From NCBI GenBank assembly GCA_963664225.1, contig OY760937.1, positions 4,800,001-4,864,000 of the forward strand: 64,000 nucleotides of DNA. Reading direction: 5' to 3'. Source of the stretch: Verrucomicrobiia bacterium (GTDB lineage: Bacteria > Verrucomicrobiota > Verrucomicrobiia > Limisphaerales > UBA1319). A program made the position numbers and the translations under genes. This document shows positions 9,082 through 18,113 of the stretch, piece after piece. Every line of letters starts with the position of its first letter. The stretch's first letter is position 1. A model generated the notes under the pieces. The model did not search any database, had not been told where the DNA came from, and saw only the letters and a list, made by a program, of their open reading frames with translations.

Positions 9082-10446
9082 ATGAATAATACTCAAACCC
9101 GCATCTCTCGCCGTCGGTTTTTGCGCGCATCCGCCGCATCGGCCGCCATCGCCCCATTTTTCATGGGGACGTTTGCAAGGGGCGTTTCGCCCAATGAAAA
9201 AATGAATCATGCCTGCATTGGAGTGGGTGGCATGGGGTGGGGTGATCTGAATAATTTTCTCCAGCACCCGCGTGTTCAAATTACCGCGTTATGCGATGTG
9301 GATGCGAACAATCTGCAAAATGCGGCCAAGGCGGTTCCCGGCGCGCGGCTATATCGTGACTGGCGCGAATTGCTCGAGAAAGAGGGGGATCGCATTGATT
9401 CCGTCAATGCGGCTGTGCCCGATCATTCGCACTTTCCGATCATCTACAGCGCGATTCAAAAAGGCAAACACGTCTATTGCCAGAAACCAATGTGCCATGA
9501 TGTGGCCGAGGTGCGCGCCTTGACAGAAGCGGCCGTACGCAAAAAGGTGATCAGCCAGCTTGGCACCCAGGTTGCTTCGAGCGTTGGAGACCGGACAGCG
9601 GTGGAATTTCTCAGATCCGGTGTGATCGGCAAAGTCCAGAAGGCCTTTCTTTGCTCGAATCGTCCGGGCGCCGTGGAAACCTACCGGTTAAAAGGTCCAC
9701 GTCCAGCCCAGGGGCAGGAGCCGCCGGATTATTTGAAGTGGGATCTCTGGCTCGGCACCGCGCCTGTGCGTCCGTATGTGCCGGACATTTATCATCAGAC
9801 CAAATGGCGTGCATGGCAGGATTTCGGCACCGGTTGGTCTGGCGACATCGGTTGCCATATTTTTGACGCGGTCTGGAAGGGGCTGAAAATGGCTCCCCCG
9901 ACCTCGGTCATCGCCGAGGTGCAGCAATCCTGGAAGAACTCGCCTGAGCGCCGTGGGGATACCTGGCCTCAGGGCGATCATATCACTTGGGTCTTTCCTG
10001 GCAACGAGTTCACCGATTCGAAGGAGTGGACTTTGGAGTGGTTTGACGGGGAATTTTATCCACCCAAGGAAATTCGGGCCTTGTATTCGGTGGAGGATTA
10101 TCCTGCGGAATCGGCCATGGTGGTGGGAACAGAAGGGGCCATGCTTAATCCGCACGGCGGCACGCCTGTGTTATTACCTGAAGCCAAGTTCAAGGATGTC
10201 AAACGGCCCAAGTTGGAGAACCGAAACCATTACCACCACTTCATCGATGCCTGCCTGGGCGGGCCGATGTGCGAATCCCACTTTGCGCAGTCGGGTCCTA
10301 TGACCGAGGCCATCATTTTGGGCACGGTGGCCATTCGCAATCCGGATCAAAAATTGGAGTGGGATGCGAAAAATCTGAAAATTGCGAACTTCCCCGAAGC
10401 GGAAAAATTCCTACGCCGCACTTACCGCGACGGTTGGAAGGTGTAA
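9082..10446 (+). CDS. Tat-exported Gfo/Idh/MocA oxidoreductase
   Basis: SRRRFL Tat motif, IGVGGMG, PDHSH, CQKPM, WDLWLG, DFGTG and DIGCH. Confidence 0.9.
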   Translation: MNNTQTRISRRRFLRASAASAAIAPFFMGTFARGVSPNEKMNHACIGVGGMGWGDLNNFLQHPRVQITALCDVDANNLQNAAKAVPGARLYRDWRELLEKEGDRIDSVNAAVPDHSHFPIIYSAIQKGKHVYCQKPMCHDVAEVRALTEAAVRKKVISQLGTQVASSVGDRTAVEFLRSGVIGKVQKAFLCSNRPGAVETYRLKGPRPAQGQEPPDYLKWDLWLGTAPVRPYVPDIYHQTKWRAWQDFGTGWSGDIGCHIFDAVWKGLKMAPPTSVIAEVQQSWKNSPERRGDTWPQGDHITWVFPGNEFTDSKEWTLEWFDGEFYPPKEIRALYSVEDYPAESAMVVGTEGAMLNPHGGTPVLLPEAKFKDVKRPKLENRNHYHHFIDACLGGPMCESHFAQSGPMTEAIILGTVAIRNPDQKLEWDAKNLKIANFPEAEKFLRRTYRDGWKV

Positions 10447-10495
10447 TTACACTCTTAAGGAATAGCCGACCAGTTCAAATTCAGAACTGCGTCGG

Positions 10496-12037
10496 CTATT
10501 TTTGGGCTGTTTCGACGGGCTTAACGGGTTCGATTGGCTTTGGACCGCGCGCCTGGAGAAAACGGTGGATTCCTGCCGCAGCCTTGCGCCCATCGCGCAC
10601 CGCATGCACCACGAGGTTGGGACCGGTCACCTGCGCGCCACCAGAGAAGACGCCCGGCAGACTGGTCATCTGATTTTCGTCCACGACGACTCCCCCCAAG
10701 CCATTGAGTTGTATTCGGCTCCATTCGGGTGTGGCGGGAAAAGGGGTCGCTTCAAATCCAAAAGCGGCGAGTACGATATCCGCAGGCACGAGAAATTCAG
10801 AGCGCGGCATCTGAATGGGCGGTGCGATTCGGCCCAGTTCGCCTATCTCCCATGGGGCGGTGCGCACGCATCGAACATTGGTGACCTGCCCGGAGGCATT
10901 GCCCTGCATTTCGACAGGGGCCGCCAGAAAAATGAATTTCACCCCTTCCTCGCAGGCATTTTTGTATTCGCGTTTGCCGGCGGGCATTTGCGAGGCCTCC
11001 CTCCGATACACGCAGACGACGTCACGCGCGCCCGCGCGAATCGCTGTGCGCACACAATCCATTGCGGTATCGCCACCGCCCAGGACAACCACGCGTTTTC
11101 CGGTTACAGCCATGGGAGTCTGGCCTGTGGCCACACCCATTTTTTTGCCCATCAAAAAGGGCAGGGCCAGACCGACGCCTTGCAGGTCCGCGCCGGGCAA
11201 ATCCAGAGGGCGGGAATTTTGGGATCCCATGCTCAGGAAAACCGCGTCGTAATTCTGGATGAGCGATTTGAGGCCCACTTCTTTTTCCACAGTCACGCCT
11301 GTTAAAAATCGGACGCCACGTTGCTGCAAAAGACCCAAACGCCGTTCGACCACTGTGTTTTCCAATTTAAACTCGGGTATTCCGTGCGTGAGCAGGCCTC
11401 CCGGATGATTTGACGCCTCAAAGACCGTGACCAAATATCCCCGAGCCGCCAATTCGTCGGCGCAGGACAGGCCCGCCGGACCCGAGCCGACAACCGCCAC
11501 CGTCATTCCATTTGGGGTTGGATGCGGAATCTCGATGCCACCATGGGCAAAGGCATATTCGTTGATGAATTTCTCAATTGCGCCGATGGGAATGACATCG
11601 GCCTTATCCGTTAACGCACACATGCTTTCGCAAAGGCGCTCCTGGGAGCAGACTCGTGCGCAAATCTCCGGCATATTGCTCGTGGTCCGCGAAATGGCGG
11701 CGGCTTCGAGAAATTTTCCCTCGGCGGCCAGCCCCAGCCACTCGGGAATGCGGTTGCCCAAGGGACAGCCCTGCATGCAAAATGGCAGTCCGCACTGAAT
11801 ACAGCGACTGGCCTGAATTTTTACGATCTCTTCGTCGTAGAGGGAATAAATCTCGCGGAAATCGGCCATTCGTTCGAGGGCGGAGCGCTTGGGCGGGTCC
11901 TGCCGGGGTAGGTCATACCATACGTATTTGGGACTTTCGGCGAAGTTGCTGGCAGGCTTCATGAGGTTGGTGTGGGGACCGGTGCCGTGTGAAGCGGGCT
12001 TATTTGTGTCCTTGGGAGTGCCGTCGGCTGTTTTCAT
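10496..12037 (-). CDS. GltD/SudA-like NAD(P)-dependent Fe-S flavoprotein (stand-alone)
   Basis: CIQCGLPFCMQGCP and CARVCSQERLCESMC Fe-S motifs; VGSGPAG (FAD), GIPEFKL, GGGDTAMDC, YRR. Start 12037 or 11962. Confidence 0.88.
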   Translation of the reverse strand: MKTADGTPKDTNKPASHGTGPHTNLMKPASNFAESPKYVWYDLPRQDPPKRSALERMADFREIYSLYDEEIVKIQASRCIQCGLPFCMQGCPLGNRIPEWLGLAAEGKFLEAAAISRTTSNMPEICARVCSQERLCESMCALTDKADVIPIGAIEKFINEYAFAHGGIEIPHPTPNGMTVAVVGSGPAGLSCADELAARGYLVTVFEASNHPGGLLTHGIPEFKLENTVVERRLGLLQQRGVRFLTGVTVEKEVGLKSLIQNYDAVFLSMGSQNSRPLDLPGADLQGVGLALPFLMGKKMGVATGQTPMAVTGKRVVVLGGGDTAMDCVRTAIRAGARDVVCVYRREASQMPAGKREYKNACEEGVKFIFLAAPVEMQGNASGQVTNVRCVRTAPWEIGELGRIAPPIQMPRSEFLVPADIVLAAFGFEATPFPATPEWSRIQLNGLGGVVVDENQMTSLPGVFSGGAQVTGPNLVVHAVRDGRKAAAGIHRFLQARGPKPIEPVKPVETAQK

Positions 12038-12085
12038 GGGCGCAATGGGTATCTCATCTTCATCAGGTGTCTGGCGAATGACCGG

Positions 12086-12094
12086 ATTATAACA
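12086..12094 (-). promoter_or_regulatory. Extended -10 promoter (TGtTATAAT) for the GltD-like gene
   Basis: Minus strand reads TGTTATAAT, 49 nt upstream of the ATG at 12037. Confidence 0.5.
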
Positions 12095-12265
12095 TCCGCA
12101 GTCCGTCACGGACACCGTTCATACCGCAATCAATTTCCCGGTCCGGCTCAATATACACCCCACGCGTTGGACAGGCCCCCATGACTGCGGCTGCTTTTTT
12201 TTCAGTTTCTTTGTTTTTTAGTCTATCTCCAAACCGCCTCACGAGCAAGCGGGTTGTCGGTTGTT

Positions 12266-12757
12266 TCATTTGGTTATTGCCACAGGAGCAAGACCGAAAT
12301 CGGTTAATTCCCGCACGAGTTTTTCCGCCAAATCCTCAAGGATGGCCTGCAAGGTCGGAGTCAATTGGTCGCTCAATTCAGTGGAAGCGGGAACGACGCC
12401 AAACAAGGTGATTTCCTTGGGGCAACATCCGCGCAATTCGCTGATCATGAGCATTTCCTGCACGCCAATCTGATGCGGGGAAAGTTTTACGGGCAATCGA
12501 TGCCGCATAAAATCCTCTTTTTCGTAGCGAAAGCACTGGCCAGGAGTCCCTTGCGACTCGGCTGTCACGGTGTCGATGATATAGACGCGCTCGGCCTCCT
12601 CAATTTTGTGTGTGGCCATGATCCCCAGCGTGCCCGCGTCAAAAAGTTCGACGTTTTGCGGGAAGGTGTAGCGCGCCTCCAGATATTGGATGAAATGAAC
12701 GCCAAATCCTTCGTCGGAAAGCAGCAGATTGCCCGCGCCAAAGATCAGCACCTTCAT
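12266..12757 (-). CDS. hybD: Hydrogenase maturation endopeptidase (HyaD/HybD)
   Basis: GAGNLLLSDEGFGVH, DAGTLG and LSPHQIG; follows the large subunit. Confidence 0.93.
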   Translation of the reverse strand: MKVLIFGAGNLLLSDEGFGVHFIQYLEARYTFPQNVELFDAGTLGIMATHKIEEAERVYIIDTVTAESQGTPGQCFRYEKEDFMRHRLPVKLSPHQIGVQEMLMISELRGCCPKEITLFGVVPASTELSDQLTPTLQAILEDLAEKLVRELTDFGLAPVAITK

Positions 12758-12830
12758 GGGAACAAGTGCTCCAATCCGGACCGGACCGGTTGCGAGGCAA
12801 TTCGGGCATTATAAGACATCGTATCCGTTT

Positions 12831-14516
12831 TCAGCGCACCTGCACCGAAGTTAGTTCCCGTCCTTGAGGGTCGATGGAATGCACCGCGCAGGCGATGCAA
12901 GGATCGAACGAATGGACGGTACGCAGCACTTCGAGCGGCTTTTCGGCATCCGCAATCGGGGTGCCCGGCAGGGAGGCTTCATAGGGGCCGGCCACGCCTT
13001 TTTCGTCGCGCGGAGAGGCGTTCCATGTGGTGGGGACCACGGCCTGGTAATTGTCGATTTTCTTGTCCTTGATGACGATCCAGTGCGAGAGGCTGCCTCG
13101 GGGGGCTTCGTGAAAACCGACGCCTTTGAATTCGCCGGAAGGTATCTCGGTGTGGTTGGCGTAGGTTTTATCGCCACTCCCGACATTCGCGATGAGCTTG
13201 TCTAGATAATCAATGGAAAGATCGGCCATGACATTGGCCCGGATACCGCGAGCCAGAATGCGGCCCATGGTGGAGTGAAAATCCTTCAATTCGATTCCAA
13301 GGCTGGTTTTGGCCCCATCGACCAATGACTTGATCCGGGGATTTCCTGCGACGTAGTTGACGAGCACTTGTGCCGAAGGACCAACCTGGACGGGTTGGCC
13401 TTCCAGTCGCGGCGCTTTGCACCAGGTGTATTTTGCATCGGGCTTGAAATCGCTATAGCTGGGTTTGGTCTCGCCCTTCCAGGGATGCAGCGGCGCGTCG
13501 TCTTCATACCAGGCATGAGCGGAGGACTCCTGAATATTTGCGATCAAATACTCGTCCTTGTGGTCCTTAATGGGGCGAATTTTGGCCAGATCCCCCTGGG
13601 TGATGATGCCGCCGGTCAGGCCGAATTGGGTGGCCCTGGCGTCTTCGGGGAATTCAGGGACGGCCATGTAGTTGGTAACGCCCGCACCGTAACCGAACCA
13701 TTCCTTGTAGGCACCTGCGATGGCCAGGAGATCGGGATAATAAACCTGCTGAACAAAGGTGCGCGATTCTTCCATTAGCGAGCGCAAGAGCGCCAGACGC
13801 TCCATGTTAAGAGTCGCCAGGTTTTCGGTGTTGATGGCCGTGGCCACGCCGCCCACGACCAAGTTCTGAATGTGCGGATTTTTACCACCCAAAACGGCGA
13901 TTGCCTGGGCTGCCTTGCGTTGGTAATCGAACGCCTTGAGATAGTGCGCGACGGCCAGAAGATTGATTTCCGGAGGGAGCTTCATCGCGGGATGTCCCCA
14001 ATAACCTGAAGCAAAAAGACCGAGTTTGCCGCCATCGACGAAGGATTGCAGGCGGTTGCGCACGGCTTTGAATTCGGTTTCGCTGTTTCCCGACCAATCC
14101 GAGAGGCTTTGGGCAATTTGAGCGGTCTTCTTCGGATCCGCCTTCAAGGCCGAGACCAGGTCCACCCAGTCCAGCGCGGACAGGTGGTAGAAATGCACGA
14201 TGTGATCCTGCACGGAATGCTGCGCAATCATGATGTTGCGGACGAGTTGCGCATTCAGAGGGATCTCGACTTTCAGGGCGTGTTCGACCGCGCGGATTGA
14301 GCTGATGGCATGAACGGTGGTGCAAACGCCGCAAAAGCGTTGCACATAGGTCCAGGCATCCTGGGGTTCACGGCCTTTGAGGATGACCTCGATGCCGCGC
14401 CACATCTGGGCCGATGCCCAGGCCTTGGTCACCTGGCCATCTCCCACCTCGACATCCATGCGGAGGTGACCTTCGATGCGCGTGACGGGATCCAAAGTAA
14501 TCGTGCGAGTAGCCAT
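12831..14516 (-). CDS. hybC: [NiFe]-hydrogenase large subunit (group 1, hydrogenase-2 type)
   Basis: DPVTRIEGH, L1 QRFCGVCTTVH, EAPRG, L2 SFDPCIACAVH plus a cleavable C-terminal extension. Confidence 0.95.
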   Translation of the reverse strand: MATRTITLDPVTRIEGHLRMDVEVGDGQVTKAWASAQMWRGIEVILKGREPQDAWTYVQRFCGVCTTVHAISSIRAVEHALKVEIPLNAQLVRNIMIAQHSVQDHIVHFYHLSALDWVDLVSALKADPKKTAQIAQSLSDWSGNSETEFKAVRNRLQSFVDGGKLGLFASGYWGHPAMKLPPEINLLAVAHYLKAFDYQRKAAQAIAVLGGKNPHIQNLVVGGVATAINTENLATLNMERLALLRSLMEESRTFVQQVYYPDLLAIAGAYKEWFGYGAGVTNYMAVPEFPEDARATQFGLTGGIITQGDLAKIRPIKDHKDEYLIANIQESSAHAWYEDDAPLHPWKGETKPSYSDFKPDAKYTWCKAPRLEGQPVQVGPSAQVLVNYVAGNPRIKSLVDGAKTSLGIELKDFHSTMGRILARGIRANVMADLSIDYLDKLIANVGSGDKTYANHTEIPSGEFKGVGFHEAPRGSLSHWIVIKDKKIDNYQAVVPTTWNASPRDEKGVAGPYEASLPGTPIADAEKPLEVLRTVHSFDPCIACAVHSIDPQGRELTSVQVR

Positions 14517-14556
14517 TGCTTGATAGAGGGTATGATTAAATTCTCAGTGTTTGCTC

Positions 14557-15882
14557 TTATATTTCCACGCATTCCTGATTGCCGGTTGTAACGGCGGCTT
14601 TGCCGGATGGATGGCGTGCGGTCCGAGTGCCATGGCCTTCGGATATGACCTTGGGCAGCACCGGGCAAAGTTTGACCATCACCTGATAGCCCAGTAATTC
14701 CAGGGAAACTATTCCAACGGTGATCATCACTTCGGAGAGGGACGGGAAATAGGTCCAGCCCTGACCCGGATTGAATCCGATCAGATAGACGTTGAAGCGG
14801 TAAAGACCTCCGCCCAGGACAATGAACACTGCGGAGATGAACAACGCCCTTGGGGAGTGGCGTCTTTTCGTCGAGCAGAGGATGAATGACCCGTAGCACA
14901 GCAACGCGACCTGCAATAAGAAGAAGAAGGAGTAAAAGTCGAAGCGGAAGGCCGCAGCCAATTGATTGCGATTAATAAGATCACCAAAAACCACCGTCAG
15001 CCAGATTCCCGTCAACCACGGTATGATGCGCGCCAGGCCGGCCAGTTCATTGACTTCGTAGGGCCGATCGAAAGCATAGGAGGAGAGGATTGATTCCAGC
15101 AACACGACAGCGTAGCCGATGTAGATACAATTGATCAGGAATAACAGGGGCAGAAAACCGGTGTGCCATAGGGGATGGAGTTTCGTGGCGGCAATCAGCA
15201 GCAGCGATCCCAGGCTGGACTGGTGCATGGTCGGCAGAGTGACTCCCAGAACGATGATGAATATGAGCACCTTGTCGAGTTTGGGCCTGGCCCACGCGGC
15301 AAGCACGCGCACCCATTCCATCCGGTTGGACAGGACTTCCTGGCTCGGCGCCAATTTGGGATTGAGCCAGTCCATGAAGGCGCGCAACCGCCGCCACCGG
15401 GTTGATTCGAGAGAAGTCAGTATCGCCGGCAGAAACTCGATGATCAGCACGGTGCTGTAGGCCATGACGCAGAGGGCCAGTTCGAACATCACCGAATTAA
15501 ACTGCATCTTCGAGGGGATGAAAAAATTGTAGAAATTCCACGGACGCCCGATGTCCACCATGATCGAGAAACCGGCCAGCGCGTAACCGAACATGCTGGT
15601 AAGAATGCAGGATCGGATCAGCGGGTGATAATGCATGCGGTTACGGATGTAGATCAGAATCGCCACTGCATAGCCGCCGCAGGAAATGGCGGTTCCCGTG
15701 GCCATATCATACGCGATCCAGATGCCCCATGGGTAGCCGTCGCTCAAGTTGGTGACCGCGCCCAACCCCTTGAAACAACGGACGCCGATCAGAACCATTC
15801 CAATGATGGTCAGGACCACCAGCACCAGGAATGATGGTGTGACAATCCGACCCTCCTGTTTTTGATATTCGTCGTGGCCCAT
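14557..15882 (-). CDS. hybB: Hydrogenase-2 integral membrane subunit (NrfD family)
   Basis: GLGAVTNLSDGYPWGIWIAYD, DIGRPW, LPTMHQSSLGSL, KLHPLW and YRFNVYL. Confidence 0.92.
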   Translation of the reverse strand: MGHDEYQKQEGRIVTPSFLVLVVLTIIGMVLIGVRCFKGLGAVTNLSDGYPWGIWIAYDMATGTAISCGGYAVAILIYIRNRMHYHPLIRSCILTSMFGYALAGFSIMVDIGRPWNFYNFFIPSKMQFNSVMFELALCVMAYSTVLIIEFLPAILTSLESTRWRRLRAFMDWLNPKLAPSQEVLSNRMEWVRVLAAWARPKLDKVLIFIIVLGVTLPTMHQSSLGSLLLIAATKLHPLWHTGFLPLLFLINCIYIGYAVVLLESILSSYAFDRPYEVNELAGLARIIPWLTGIWLTVVFGDLINRNQLAAAFRFDFYSFFFLLQVALLCYGSFILCSTKRRHSPRALFISAVFIVLGGGLYRFNVYLIGFNPGQGWTYFPSLSEVMITVGIVSLELLGYQVMVKLCPVLPKVISEGHGTRTARHPSGKAAVTTGNQECVEI

Positions 15883-16821
15883 TTACGATTTCCCCTTTTT
15901 CTTCGCGCCCGCCTCAGGCGATTCCTTGTCCGCGCCGTTTTGCTTCATGTTTTTGAGAGCCAGGGCGCAAAGTGTTCCGTACAGGGCTATCGGCGCGAAG
16001 AATCCCTTGTAGATCGTGTGCTGTATCTTCTCGGAAAACTCGGCTGGGGCCTCCTTCTGGAGTTCCGGAAGGCCCAGTTTGGAAAACGGCATCGCGGCCA
16101 GATACAGGTGGTTGGTGCCGCCGACTTCATGCTCGCCATAAACATGGTCCACGTATTTGTTCGGATGGCTTTTGATCCGGGCATGAGCCTCTGTGAGCAA
16201 TTCCTGACGCTTGCCAAAGAGTATGGCCCCGGTCGGACAGGTTTCCGCGCAGGCGGTGATTCCTTTTTGAACCAGGTTCGTCCTCCGGCAAAAGTCGCAT
16301 TTGACTATTTGTGGTATCGGACGGTCCCATTGGGATTTGGGAATATTGAAGGAGCAGGCCACCTGGCAGTAACGACAGCCGATGCAGTTGTCCTTGTTGT
16401 AATCGACAATTCCAGTGACCTTGTCCTTGGTCATGGCGCTGACCGGACAGACGGAGACGCAGGAGGGCTTCTGGCAATGCATGCAGGAATACTTTATATA
16501 GGACCAGATCCCCTTTTTCTCCTTGAACAGTTTAATGATGGTCCGGGTGTCGCCCGATAAATCCTCAGGTGCGTCCCACACGGCGTCCTTATCGAACGGG
16601 GCTTTTTCGAAGGCAAGGCTGCCGTAATCGCCATTGACCCGTTTGCAGGCGGACATGCAGGCCTTGCAACCGACGCATTTGGTGGCGTCATAGAGCATGC
16701 CCAACTCGTCATTGTTGACCTTGTGCTCCGTGGAGGCTTCGGTGCTGACGGTTGCGGCCATGCATCCCGCTCCCGCCGCTCCAATTGCCTTGAAAAAACC
16801 GCGTCTATTTTGTTTTTTCAC
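15883..16821 (-). CDS. hybA: Hydrogenase-2 Fe-S subunit
   Basis: GTG start overlapping the hybO end; NRRGFFK Tat motif; four ferredoxin Cys clusters (CVGCKACMSAC, CMHCQKPSCVSVCP, CIGCRYCQVAC, CDFC...CAETCP); SEKIQHTIYKG plus C-terminal TM. Confidence 0.93.
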   Translation of the reverse strand: MKKQNRRGFFKAIGAAGAGCMAATVSTEASTEHKVNNDELGMLYDATKCVGCKACMSACKRVNGDYGSLAFEKAPFDKDAVWDAPEDLSGDTRTIIKLFKEKKGIWSYIKYSCMHCQKPSCVSVCPVSAMTKDKVTGIVDYNKDNCIGCRYCQVACSFNIPKSQWDRPIPQIVKCDFCRRTNLVQKGITACAETCPTGAILFGKRQELLTEAHARIKSHPNKYVDHVYGEHEVGGTNHLYLAAMPFSKLGLPELQKEAPAEFSEKIQHTIYKGFFAPIALYGTLCALALKNMKQNGADKESPEAGAKKKGKS

Positions 16822-17926
16822 GTCCTGCCTTGGTTGGTGGGTTTTCGGGAAGTTTTTTGGCCACCATTGCGCCCGCGCCCAGAAGCGCTCCGGCGGCAAG
16901 GCCCACAATTCCGGTGGTCAACGGGTCAGGACCTTTGCCCTTTTCCTTCAAATCGACCGGTGCGTAACTGTCAAATGGCGTCGGCTCATGGATTTGCACC
17001 TTTTCGGCAATGGGCATTTTAAACAAAATATCCGGTTCCGTGCAGCCAATGCAGGGATGTCCGATGGAAACAGGCCAGGCGCCAACGTCATTAAACCTTA
17101 GAACCGAGCAGTTTGCATATGTCGCGGGACCTTTGCACCCCAGCTTGTAGAGGCAATATCCCTGCGCGTGCGTGTCGTCGCCATAGGAAAGCGCGAAGCG
17201 ACCGGCGTCAAAATGTGGACGACGCTCACAATGCTCATGGATCTTGCGTCCGTAGGCGAACTTGGGCCGTCCCAGCGCATCGAGTTCGGGCAGTTTCTTA
17301 AAGGTCAAATAATACAGGACGGTCGAAAGGAAATTATAGGGATTGGGCGGACAACCTGGGATGTTGATGATCGGCTTGTCTTTGATAATGTCGCGCACGC
17401 CAACGGCCCCGGTGGGGTTGACTCCCACGGATTGGATGCCGCCATAGCTGGCGCAAGTGCCAATGGCGATAATGGCCGCCGCTCCGTCCGCCGCGTGACG
17501 CAGCGATTCCAGAGCCGTTTTACCGCCCACTTTGCAGTAAATGCCGTTCCCGGCGGTGGGGATGGCTCCCTCGACCACGAGAATGTAGCGTCCACGATTA
17601 TCGGTCAAAGACTTCTGCAAGGATTCCTCGGCTTGATGACCCGAACCGGCCATCAAGGTCTCGTGGTAATCCAGGGAAATCATGTCAAAAATTAGATTTG
17701 ATAATGTAGGATGGCTCGAGCGCAGTAGAGATTCTGAACAGCCGGTGCATTCCTGGAAATGAAGCCAGATGACGGGGGGATTATTATTGGCCGTGGCAGC
17801 CTCTATCACCTTGGCGCGCATGCTGAAAGGCAATCCCATCAGCGCGGTTGCCGTCACACACATCTTGACGAACTCGCGCCGGGGCAAATTCCCATGTATT
17901 CCACCCTTGTTTCCCGTTTTTTTCAT
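16805..17926 (-). CDS. hybO: [NiFe]-hydrogenase small subunit
   Basis: PRREFVK Tat motif, QECTGCSES, GTCASYGG, PGCPPNP, HEHCERR, CLYKLGCKGP, HPCIGC and C-terminal TM anchor. Start 17926 or 17950. Confidence 0.94.
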   Translation of the reverse strand: MKKTGNKGGIHGNLPRREFVKMCVTATALMGLPFSMRAKVIEAATANNNPPVIWLHFQECTGCSESLLRSSHPTLSNLIFDMISLDYHETLMAGSGHQAEESLQKSLTDNRGRYILVVEGAIPTAGNGIYCKVGGKTALESLRHAADGAAAIIAIGTCASYGGIQSVGVNPTGAVGVRDIIKDKPIINIPGCPPNPYNFLSTVLYYLTFKKLPELDALGRPKFAYGRKIHEHCERRPHFDAGRFALSYGDDTHAQGYCLYKLGCKGPATYANCSVLRFNDVGAWPVSIGHPCIGCTEPDILFKMPIAEKVQIHEPTPFDSYAPVDLKEKGKGPDPLTTGIVGLAAGALLGAGAMVAKKLPENPPTKAGREKTK

Positions 17927-18113
17927 CGCAGAGACAAAATTATAATTCATCGTCAAAAGGCCCGAATCATTGGTTCTACTAATTCTGCATGAGTTTGACG
18001 CGACGAACAAGAGATAAATTTATGTTATCGAAATAAATTTTCGAAATCGCGTTTTGGATGGGGCCGGGCGGTTTTGTCTTTTTTTATTTCAACGTTTTCC
18101 TCATAGTGTCCGG

